This document shows, piece after piece, positions 16,775-26,158 of a stretch of DNA of 32,000 nt (positions are counted from its first letter, which is position 1; every line of letters begins with the position of its first letter). The translations under genes were made by a program, and so were the position numbers. The notes beneath the pieces are model-generated. The model saw only the letters and a program-made list of their open reading frames with translations, was not told the origin of the DNA and made no database searches. Source of the stretch: Cylindrospermopsis raciborskii Cr2010 (GTDB taxonomy: Bacteria; Cyanobacteriota; Cyanobacteriia; Cyanobacteriales; Nostocaceae); NCBI RefSeq assembly GCF_003367075.2, contig NZ_CP065936.1, forward strand, positions 1,680,001 through 1,712,000, read 5' to 3'.

Positions 16775-19165
16775 GTCTTGACCTTCATAAGAAGGAATAG
16801 GTATTGCGACGTAAGCGTTTCCGTTACTCAGGATAACTGTCTTTGGTCTTGACCTTCATAAGAAGGAATAGGTATTGCGACCAGTTAAGGCATTGCTGAC
16901 GCGCGTGAAAAAACTTAAGTCTTGACCTTCATAAGAAGGAATAGGTATTGCGACGGGGAGCTGCTAGAGGGGAACCGCTAGAGGGGAAGTCTTGACCTTC
17001 ATAAGAAGGAATAGGTATTGCGACTGGTAGTGCTATACGGTTTATTCATCACAAATTAGAAGGTCTTGACCTTCATAAGAAGGAATAGGTATTGCGACCT
17101 ACTTCAGGTAGAGGTACTTCAGGTAGAGGGGTGGAAGGGGGTCTTGACCTTCATAAGAAGGAATAGGTATTGCGACAGCCGTGACAAGCTGAAACCTAGT
17201 CGGATAACCGCTTAGCCGGTCTTGACCTTCATAAGAAGGAATAGGTATTGCGACCAATTAAAACAAGACATACATCCTCCTAAGAATGTATAGTCTTGAC
17301 CTTCATAAGAAGGAATAGGTATTGCGACATTATAAAAACGAGTAATGTACTGTACTGTTTTTATGTCTTGACCTTCATAAGAAGGAATAGGTATTGCGAC
17401 TCTTCCCATTTATAGGGAATATCTACAGGTAGTAAAGTCTTGACCTTCATAAGAAGGAATAGGTATTGCGACGACAATAGAAAACTATCTCCATACTAAA
17501 AACCTTAAGTCTTGACCTTCATAAGAAGGAATAGGTATTGCGACTTCCTCCTCATGAACAGGAGTTTCCTCCTCATGAACAGGAGGTCTTGACCTTCATA
17601 AGAAGGAATAGGTATTGCGACTTAAGGAAAAGTCTATCTACCACTGGACAAAAACTAGACAGTCTTGACCTTCATAAGAAGGAATAGGTATTGCGACTTA
17701 AAGATCCTGAGTGGCAGTGAAAATTCTAGTAAGGTCTTGACCTTCATAAGAAGGAATAGGTATTGCGACTCTAAAAGAATTAGTAACAGATAAGTACACT
17801 CGTGATCTGTCTTGACCTTCATAAGAAGGAATAGGTATTGCGACGGTAAGGCAAGGGGGCAAGGGGTAGGTTAGGAGTAGAGGTCTTGACCTTCATAAGA
17901 AGGAATAGGTATTGCGACGCAAGAAGGATTCAACTCATAAACCACTTCATTAGGCTCGTCTTGACCTTCATAAGAAGGAATAGGTATTGCGACTGACCCC
18001 TCCCTTGACCCTTGCTACCTTGACCTTACGTCTTGACCTTCATAAGAAGGAATAGGTATTGCGACCTCTATACCCACCTTCAATGGTGGTAAAAATCAAA
18101 ATGTCTTGACCTTCATAAGAAGGAATAGGTATTGCGACAACCTAACGATAACTTCATTCAATACTTCATCTCTTTCGTCTTGACCTTCATAAGAAGGAAT
18201 AGGTATTGCGACACAAAAAATATACCCGGCCCAAGTCTCCATTGCCTTTACGTCTTGACCTTCATAAGAAGGAATAGGTATTGCGACTCCTATGTCGCTA
18301 TAATTCCACTGTAACCATTTTTGTCTTGACCTTCATAAGAAGGAATAGGTATTGCGACAGAAGTAAAGAAAAAACCCCATAAAGGGGCTTTAAAAAGTCT
18401 TGACCTTCATAAGAAGGAATAGGTATTGCGACCACTTCCTCAACTTCGTTTATGTAGCATTTAACTACGAGGTCTTGACCTTCATAAGAAGGAATAGGTA
18501 TTGCGACTCTACGTCAAACAGAACACTTAATTCAGCGTCTATTTGTCTTGACCTTCATAAGAAGGAATAGGTATTGCGACGAGAAGCTGGTAGCGGTAAA
18601 ACCTACACAGTACAAAGTCTTGACCTTCATAAGAAGGAATAGGTATTGCGACCCGTGTAGAAGCACCCGTAGTCAACTCCTTAAACTCAGTCTTGACCTT
18701 CATAAGAAGGAATAGGTATTGCGACAGAATACTGGTCTGTCGAAGAACCTTTCGGGCTCCGTCTTGACCTTCATAAGAAGGAATAGGTATTGCGACTTAT
18801 AATATAGGGATATAGCCCTGCACAAGTGGTCTTGTCTTGACCTTCATAAGAAGGAATAGGTATTGCGACAGCTGCGTGAGGGTTTACCTCGCAGCTATAC
18901 TTTCCCGAGGAAGTCTTGACCTTCATAAGAAGGAATAGGTATTGCGACGGTTTGGGTTTGGTTGCCAATCACGGCAGCCTAACTCTGTCTTGACCTTCAT
19001 AAGAAGGAATAGGTATTGCGACTGGAAAAAATTTAGGGTTTAGGGGAGAAAGCTAGAAGTCTTGACCTTCATAAGAAGGAATAGGTATTGCGACTACTGG
19101 GTACTATAGTTCTGCAGTTTGAGCACACCGTCTTGACCTTCATAAGAAGGAATAGGTATTGCGAC
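16775..19165 (+). CRISPR. CRISPR array, 33 repeats and 32 spacers, repeat GTCTTGACCTTCATAAGAAGGAATAGGTATTGCGAC (36 nt)
   Basis: Repeats located by hand, the first at 16775-16810 and the last at 19130-19165. All appear identical; spacers are 34-43 nt. Internal stem CCTTC-ataa-GAAGG; possible 8-nt tag ATTGCGAC. Confidence 0.99.
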
Positions 19166-19169
19166 AACT

Positions 19170-20057
19170 GAGGGATACAGAATTGAAAGTGAGTTTGAAA
19201 CCCAAAATCCCAACATTGACTTAGTATTAAAACCTCTCAACCCAGAAGAAGAAGGATTTTATGACATAGACACTTTAAAACAATGGTTAACCAACCCTAG
19301 CAAACAAGATGGTTATGATCTCGTTGAAGTAGATACATTATTATTAGGTGATTTAGTCAAAGCAAATGTAGTCAAAACATGGAATAAACCTGAAAATATC
19401 AAAGATTGGTATCCTGCAGGTTTACAAGGAGTCACAGTCAATGGTGATATATATGGTGTTCCCCATTTATTATGTGGACATTTTATTATTTCTCGGAATG
19501 ACAAAGTAGCTAAAACCAAATCCGTAGAAAAATTGTTGAATATCTTAACAGCAATAACTCCGGATACACCTAATTTAGCAGGAGATTTAACAGGTAGTTG
19601 GAACTTACCAGCTCTGTATTTAGATGGGTGGGCGGATACCTATGGAACAAAACAAATTAATGCTGCTTTATCCACCACTTTAAATCCAAAGGTGATCACA
19701 TCTTTCAGAAAATTTGCTCAAAATTGTCAAGTGGGAGATGTTAACCCCTGCTTTGATAAATATAGCGATTTAGATAGTGGTGCAGCAGCATTTGTTAATA
19801 ATGAAGTTGATGCTTTTTTTGGTTATTCAGAAAGACTCAATTATATTCTGAAAAATAGCAGCAATTCTGATGTACAATTAAGTTCTCTACCCTTATCTGA
19901 AGGCAGTAATCCTTTATTATTTGCTGATGCTTTGGTGTTGCGAAAAGACTGTGATCAGACTTGTGAAAATGCTGATGCTTATCCTAATTCTGGGTTTGCT
20001 GAAATTCGTAAAACTTTGAAAAAGGCAATTCTTCAAGAGTTGCAATCATCGTCATAA
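19170..20057 (+). pseudogene. 5'-truncated periplasmic solute-binding / thiaminase-I-like protein
   Basis: Open frame EGYRIESEFETQNPNIDLVLKPL...GYDLVEVDTLLLGDLV...GVPHLLCGHFII...NLAGDLTGSWNLPALYLDGWAD...ILQELQSSS* runs from just after the last CRISPR repeat with no signal peptide or convincing start codon. Confidence 0.7.
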
Positions 20058-20076
20058 TATAGCAGGAGTAAGTGGG

Positions 20077-20589
20077 TCAGTATACTTGGGACCAAGTTGT
20101 CAATAAAAATACTATGACTGCGCTGATGGCTAGGACACCTTGAATCAAGTTTCCCACGAGCGTTCCCACAGTGATTCCAATACCAGCTTTCACCGCAGGC
20201 CATAATCTTCTTTGGTAAAGAAACTCACCCACAATTGCTCCTAATAGAGGTCCAAATAGAATACCTAGTAATGGTCCACCAAAAGGTAAAGCAGGTAATA
20301 ATCCGAAAAATCCCATTAATAAACCCACAAATGCGCCAATTTGTCCCCACTTACTAGCACCCGCTTGTTTCGCACCAATATAACCAGCAAGGAAATCAAC
20401 TCCTGTACTTAGAAGTAAAACAATGATTGTCACAATCAGAGGAATTTTAATAGCAGCAAAGGAGTTACTCACAATTCCCCAGATGATAATAGATATTAAA
20501 ATCAAACTACTTCCAGGGATAGCTGGAACTACAGCACCAATAATTCCCAGGAACATTACAGCAACTAAGAGTAGATAGATAACTTGCAT
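20077..20589 (-). CDS. DUF456-family membrane protein
   Basis: 170 aa; GIIGAVVPAIPGSSLILISIIIWGI, GAKQAGASKWGQIGAFVGLLMGFF, GPLLGAIVGEFL. Confidence 0.85.
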   Translation of the reverse strand: MQVIYLLLVAVMFLGIIGAVVPAIPGSSLILISIIIWGIVSNSFAAIKIPLIVTIIVLLLSTGVDFLAGYIGAKQAGASKWGQIGAFVGLLMGFFGLLPALPFGGPLLGILFGPLLGAIVGEFLYQRRLWPAVKAGIGITVGTLVGNLIQGVLAISAVIVFLLTTWSQVY

Positions 20590-20590
20590 A

Positions 20591-21852
20591 ATTATTGCTA
20601 GTGGGGACTGCGCCCAGTTTCATTAAAAAAGGATGGTAACATAAGTGTAACCCATGGGGGTGTTGGGTTTCATGCTTCAACCCAACCTACTTTTATCTTA
20701 TATTTGATTCCACTGACCTACTTATTGCTAGTGGGGACTGCGCCCAGTTTCATTAAAAAATGATGATAACATAAGTGTAATCCATGGGGGTGTTGGGTTT
20801 CATGCTTCAACCCAACCTACTTTTATCTTATATTTGATTCCACTGACCTACTTATTGCTAGTGGGGACTGCGCCCAGTTTCATTAAAAAATGATGATAAC
20901 ATAAGTGTAATCCATGGGGGTGTTGGGTTTCATGCTTCAACCCAACCTACTTTTATCTTATATTTGATTCCACTGACCTACTTATTGCTAGTGGGGACTG
21001 CGCCCAGTTTCATTAAAAAATGATGATAACATAAGTGTAATCCATGGGGGTGTTGGGTTTCATGCTTCAACCCAACCTACTTTTATCTTATATTTGATTC
21101 CACTGACCTACTTATTGCTAGTGGGGACTGCGCCCAGTTTCATTAAAAAATGATGATAACATAAGTGTAATCCATGGGGGTGTTGGGTTTCATGCTTCAA
21201 CCCAACCTACTTTTATCTTATATTTGATTCCACTGACCTACTTATTGCTAGTGGGGACTGCGCCCAGTTTCATTAAAAAATGATGATAACATAAGTGTAA
21301 TCCATGGGGGTGTTGGGTTTCATGCTTCAACCCAACCTACTTTTATCTTATATTTGATTCCACTGACCTACTTATTGCTAGTGGGGACTGCGCCCAGTTT
21401 CATTAAAAAATGATGATAACATAAGTGTAATCCATGGGGGTGTTGGGTTTCATGCTTCAACCCAACCTACTTTTATCTTATATTTGATTCCACTGACCTA
21501 CTTATTGCTAGTGGGGACTGCGCCCAGTTTCATTAAAAAATGATGATAACATAAGTGTAATCCATGGGGGTGTTGGGTTTCATGCTTCAACCCAACCTAC
21601 TTTTATCTTATATTTGATTCCACTGACCTACTTATTGCTAGTGGGGACTGCGCCCAGTTTCATTAAAAAATGATGATAACATAAGTGTAATCCATGGGGA
21701 TGTTGGGTTTCATGCTTCAACCCAACCTACTTTTATCTTATATTTGATTCCACTGACCTACTTATTGCTAGTGGGGACTGCGCCCAGTTTCATTAAAAAA
21801 TGATGATAACATAAGTGTAATCCATGGAGGTGTTGGGTTTCATGCTTCAACT
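20591..21852. repeat. 130-bp tandem repeat, 10 copies (last partial)
   Basis: Units start at 20591, 20721, 20851, 20981, 21111, 21241, 21371, 21501, 21631 and 21761 with TTATTGCTAGTGGGGACTGCGCCCAGTTTCATTAAAAAA; each contains the hairpin GTTGGGTT-tcatgcttc-AACCCAAC. Confidence 0.98.
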
Positions 21853-21943
21853 CAACCTACCTTCTACCCTTTTTAAAAACCAACACAAAACCAAAAACAA
21901 GTGCTAAAATTGGGTTAATTTATATTTTATAGGAGTAATTTTC

Positions 21944-22510
21944 ATGGTAGCTACTACTGCTAAAAAGATGACTTTTGAAGAATTTCTTAATTATGATGAT
22001 GGGACAGATTATTTATATGAATTGGAAAATGGGGAAATAATTCTTATGCCTTTTGAAAGTGAAATCAATCGGCGCATAGCGGTGTTTTTATTAATCTATT
22101 TTTCTCAATTAGGTATTCCCTATTACCGCTTGAGTATGAAAACGGAAATAGCGGTAAATAGTCGCATGGTGGGGGTGCGTGTTCCTGATTTGGTGGTATT
22201 TTCTGAAGAGTTGGCACAGGTGATGCAAAATGCTACACGCTCTCTAATTTTAATGGATATGCCACCCCCTTTATTGGTAGTTGAAGTGGTAAGTCCTAAT
22301 CAAGAAAAGCGAGATTATCGTTACAAGCGTTCTGAGTATGCAGCGCGAGGTATTAATGAATATTGGATTGTTGATCCAATGGGGCAAAAAGTGACTGTTT
22401 TGGAGTGGGTGGAAGGTTTGTATGAGGAGCGGGTTTTTATGGATGATGAAGTGATTTGTTCCCCCTTATTTGCCGAGGTCAAGTTAACTGTAAATGAGAT
22501 TTTAAGATGA
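21944..22510 (+). CDS. Uma2-family (DUF820) endonuclease-like protein
   Basis: 188 aa; MTFEEFLNYDDGTDYLYELENGEIILMP, VRVPDLVVFS, PLLVVEVVSPNQEKRDYRYKRSEYAARGINEYWIVDP. Confidence 0.88.
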   Translation: MVATTAKKMTFEEFLNYDDGTDYLYELENGEIILMPFESEINRRIAVFLLIYFSQLGIPYYRLSMKTEIAVNSRMVGVRVPDLVVFSEELAQVMQNATRSLILMDMPPPLLVVEVVSPNQEKRDYRYKRSEYAARGINEYWIVDPMGQKVTVLEWVEGLYEERVFMDDEVICSPLFAEVKLTVNEILR

Positions 22511-22634
22511 GCCAGGATAACTTGATTTAAGATGATAATGTTGGGTTGAGAAAACCCAACCTACGTTAGACTTGACGTATAAGGTGAAATAATTGCAGAT
22601 GATTATAAATATAATCCCAGCACTATTCCCAAAG

Positions 22635-23135
22635 TTATTGACGTTCAATTTCTATAAACTTAAACTTAAAACCATTTTCTTCTAATTTTTCTTCTTTGGT
22701 TAATTTGCCAAAATTGCTAAATTCAGGAAAATGTATATCACCTTCAAAATTCCCTTCCACAATGGTCAAATATAGCTTGTTCGCAAATTCCATAGCCTGG
22801 GTATAAATTTGTTCTCCACCAGCAATAAATATCTCTTCTGTTTCACTCATTTTGGTCCATTTAATTGCTTCCCCCAAAGAATGAAAAACTACACATCCTG
22901 GCGCTTGATAGTCAGTGTTTTTAGTTACAATAATATTAGTACGATTTGGTAATGGATGATTGAAGGTGGCATAGGTTTTACGACCCATAATTACAGGATG
23001 TCGCCAGGTAGTTTCTTTAAAATAACGTCCATCACTAGGAATATCCCAGGGAATACCCCCGCGAATGTGTTCGTTTTTGGAATCAGCTAAAATACGATCT
23101 TGGGAAATGGCAGCTATGAGACTAATAAGAGTCAT
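22635..23135 (-). CDS. folA: dihydrofolate reductase
   Basis: 166 aa; LISLIAAISQDRILA, GGIPWDIPSDGRYFKETTWRHPVIMGRKTY, IFIAGGEQIYTQAM. Confidence 0.93.
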   Translation of the reverse strand: MTLISLIAAISQDRILADSKNEHIRGGIPWDIPSDGRYFKETTWRHPVIMGRKTYATFNHPLPNRTNIIVTKNTDYQAPGCVVFHSLGEAIKWTKMSETEEIFIAGGEQIYTQAMEFANKLYLTIVEGNFEGDIHFPEFSNFGKLTKEEKLEENGFKFKFIEIERQ

Positions 23136-23160
23136 AACGGATGATATTCCTTGCTAAAGG

Positions 23161-26112
23161 TTAACTGTTTATTCGCTCTACATACCGTTTGAACAAAAGT
23201 TCCAGAAGGTGATTTTTGAATTCTCGATCATCACTAAACTGCTTATAGAAATTAAAATTAGTTTCTATCATATCCTGCATCAGGTCATTGGTGAGGTTAT
23301 CGAAAACAAGTCTTATGTTTTCAGGAGTGTTCACTTTGAAGCTTAATTTCAAGGGATTACTTTCGTCTAGTTTATCTTCTAATTGCTTAATAAATACCCG
23401 TTCATTGTCAGTGAAATCAGTGCCAAATTGCTGATTGATTTCTTGAATGATTTTTGAAAGAGGTTCTATGTTCTCTGTGGATGGTTTACTTGCTCCTATG
23501 GAATAATTACCTCTTGTTTCTCTCACTCCTCTTTCTAGTTCAATTTTGCCTTTATGGGTCTTTTGGATGCGGTAAGATTTTAATTCGATGTTTGTCTGCA
23601 CTTCCAGGGGAAGGGTATGGGTTTTAATAGGTAGCTTACGGATTAGGTGGCGAAAAAATTCATAGAATTTTTCTAGCTCCCCGTCTGGAATAGGTAATAG
23701 TTGGGATATAAAAGCATATAATCGGATGAAATCTTGAAGCTGACCCCGAAAGTTAAATTGCTCTTCTACTGTAGCTTCTTTATATTGCTCTACTACGGGT
23801 GCTAAAACAGTGTATAATTTATCCTGTGTCCCCTGTTTTCCATAATAAATCTCGGCAAAAGAATCTACCTCCTTTTGTCCATAAAAACCGTAGTCACCAA
23901 GTTGGGACTGAAGGTCATAAAGCTGGTTGGGATCAGTAGACTCACTTAGAATTGTGCGATCGTAATACTCTTCAAAAGCCTTCTTTATCTCCGATGCTTC
24001 GTTGGCAAAGTCTAGTACGATTGTTCCCAATTTATTGGGATGTGTTCGGTTCAGGCGCGAAAGGGTCTGCACCGCGTTTACTCCACTCAATTTCTTATCC
24101 ACATACATTGCTACTAGTAGTGGCTGATCAAAACCAGTCTGGAATTTATTAGCCACTACCAAAAAGTGATAGGAAGGTTGGTTAAAGGTTTCTGCGGTTG
24201 CATTGTCGGCAATATGTATACCCGAAGACCTGGAGTTCATATTGGTCTCAGTAAATTCTCCACCATCCTTGACTGTTCCCGTAAAAGCGACTAGGGACTG
24301 ATAGGGATAGCCATTTTGGCGAATATACTCATCTAATTCTTGCTTGTAACGTACTGCATGTAGCCTGGAACGGGTAACAATCATGGCTTTGGCTTTGCCA
24401 TCAATTTGGTGGGCAACTTTCTCATGAAAATGCTCCATAATAATCGCCACCTTCTGATTAATTGTGTGTGGGTGCAATTCGACAAAGTTTCGCAGTAGGG
24501 ATACGGCTTTTTTCCGATCATAATTTGGATCGGTTTCAATAGTTTTGAGAAGATTAAAATATGTGTTATAGGTAGTATAGTTTTCCAGTACATCTAAAAT
24601 AAAACCCTCCTCAATGGCTTGGCGCATGGAGTAGAGGCTAAAGGGAGCAAAGCTACCATCGGGTTGTTTTGTGCCAAATAACTCTAGTGTTTTGGCTTTG
24701 GGGGTCGCAGTGAAGGCAAAGTAGCTTAGGTTAGGAATTCTCCCGCGTTTTTTCGCCTCAGCAACAATACGATCTTCTAAATCCTCTTCTTCCTTACTTT
24801 CTTCCGCTTCTGCTGCTTCTAGGCTTGTGACACTTAATACAGATTTGAGCTTTTTGGTACTTTCCCCAGTTTGGGAGGAGTGGGCCTCATCTACAATTAC
24901 TGCAAATCGCTTCCCCGTGAGGGACTGGATCTGGTCAACGATAACTGGGAATTTTTGCAAGGTGGTGACAATGATTTTTTTTCCTAATTCCAGGGCCTCT
25001 TTGAGTTGGTGGGAGGTCTTGTCAATATTCTCAACCAATCCGGGAGTGTCTTCAAACTGACGGATGGTTCGTTGTAATTGGCGATCCAAGACCCGGCGAT
25101 CGGTAATGACGATGATGGAATCAAACACCAGCTGATCTTGGGAGTTATGGAGGCTAGAAAGTCCGTGAGCAAGCCAGGCAATGGAATTACTTTTACCACT
25201 CCCGGCGCTGTGTTGGATGAGGTAGGATTTTCCCGGGCCTTGGGATTTGGCATCCTCTAACAAATGACGCACTGTATCAAGTTGGTGATAGCGGGGGAAG
25301 ATGAGTTTCTTTTTCCCTGTTTTCCTCCCCTTGTCGTCTTCTCCTTCAACCAGAGTGATAAAGTTCTGGATGAGATCTAGGACACTATTTTTTTGCCAGG
25401 TTTTTTCCCATAGGTAAGCGGTGCTGAAACTAAGGGTGGAGGGTGGGTTTCCCGCTCCTCCACAGTTCCCCTGGTTGAAGGGTAGGAAATGGGTTTTATC
25501 ACCCTGAAGGTGGGTGGTCATATAGACCAGATCTGGGTCTATGGCAAAGTGGGAGAGACAAACGCCAAGGGTAAAGAGTGGTTCTTTGGGATCCCGGTTG
25601 GTGCGGTACTGTTTGATAGCATGTTCCACGTTTTGACCTTTAAAGGGGTTTTTTAGCTCAGCGGTGAAGAGGGGTAGTCCATTGAGGAAGAGGACCAGAT
25701 CCAGGCTTTTGGTGGGCGTTTTCTGGCTATAGTGGAGTTGTCTGGCAACAGTAAATAAATTAGCCTGATAGAGTTTTTGGGTTTCTTGATTGAGTCTGGT
25801 ATTGGGTTGGAAGTAGGCAAGTTGAAAACGGCAGCCATTGGCTTTGATACCTTTGCGGAGGACTTCTAAGGTGCCTCGGTTTTTGATGACTTCGGCCAGG
25901 CGTTTTAGGAGTTTGTTATCCGCGTCCTCACCATATTGGGTTGTAAATTTCTGCCACTCTTTTGGTTGGGTGACTTGGATGAAGTTAAGCACATCCTGGG
26001 TGATGAGGGAGAGGGCGGGGTGGTAATCTCTGGAGGTGCGGCGCTGGTAACCGTTTTGCAGGAGGCTTGTTTCGATGGTGTTTTCAAGGTTTTTTTCTGA
26101 GGTGTCGATCAT
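23161..26112 (-). CDS. hsdR: type I restriction enzyme R subunit
   Basis: 983 aa; helicase motifs IQHSAGSGKSNSIAWLAH, VIVDEAHSSQTG, YFAFTATPKAKT; N-terminal LNGLPLFTAELKNPF nuclease region. Confidence 0.95.
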   Translation of the reverse strand: MIDTSEKNLENTIETSLLQNGYQRRTSRDYHPALSLITQDVLNFIQVTQPKEWQKFTTQYGEDADNKLLKRLAEVIKNRGTLEVLRKGIKANGCRFQLAYFQPNTRLNQETQKLYQANLFTVARQLHYSQKTPTKSLDLVLFLNGLPLFTAELKNPFKGQNVEHAIKQYRTNRDPKEPLFTLGVCLSHFAIDPDLVYMTTHLQGDKTHFLPFNQGNCGGAGNPPSTLSFSTAYLWEKTWQKNSVLDLIQNFITLVEGEDDKGRKTGKKKLIFPRYHQLDTVRHLLEDAKSQGPGKSYLIQHSAGSGKSNSIAWLAHGLSSLHNSQDQLVFDSIIVITDRRVLDRQLQRTIRQFEDTPGLVENIDKTSHQLKEALELGKKIIVTTLQKFPVIVDQIQSLTGKRFAVIVDEAHSSQTGESTKKLKSVLSVTSLEAAEAEESKEEEDLEDRIVAEAKKRGRIPNLSYFAFTATPKAKTLELFGTKQPDGSFAPFSLYSMRQAIEEGFILDVLENYTTYNTYFNLLKTIETDPNYDRKKAVSLLRNFVELHPHTINQKVAIIMEHFHEKVAHQIDGKAKAMIVTRSRLHAVRYKQELDEYIRQNGYPYQSLVAFTGTVKDGGEFTETNMNSRSSGIHIADNATAETFNQPSYHFLVVANKFQTGFDQPLLVAMYVDKKLSGVNAVQTLSRLNRTHPNKLGTIVLDFANEASEIKKAFEEYYDRTILSESTDPNQLYDLQSQLGDYGFYGQKEVDSFAEIYYGKQGTQDKLYTVLAPVVEQYKEATVEEQFNFRGQLQDFIRLYAFISQLLPIPDGELEKFYEFFRHLIRKLPIKTHTLPLEVQTNIELKSYRIQKTHKGKIELERGVRETRGNYSIGASKPSTENIEPLSKIIQEINQQFGTDFTDNERVFIKQLEDKLDESNPLKLSFKVNTPENIRLVFDNLTNDLMQDMIETNFNFYKQFSDDREFKNHLLELLFKRYVERINS

Positions 26113-26158
26113 TTGGGATTTAATTTTTTGATATTTTTTCAGGTGTATTGGGGTTGTA

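Noticed and set aside
16552-16800. Independent protein-coding gene upstream of the array
   Set aside because: The frame runs into the first CRISPR repeat and overlaps the leader, so coding status is not claimed as a feature; kept only as a finding.
17212-19006. ORFs within the CRISPR array (17212..17409, 18132..18314, 18771..18968)
   Set aside because: They translate repeated units (VAIPIPSYEGQD, LTFIRRNRYCD) across repeats and spacers, so they are not genes.
20591-21852. Second CRISPR-like array
   Set aside because: The 130-bp units are contiguous tandem copies with no unique spacers, so this is a tandem repeat, not CRISPR.
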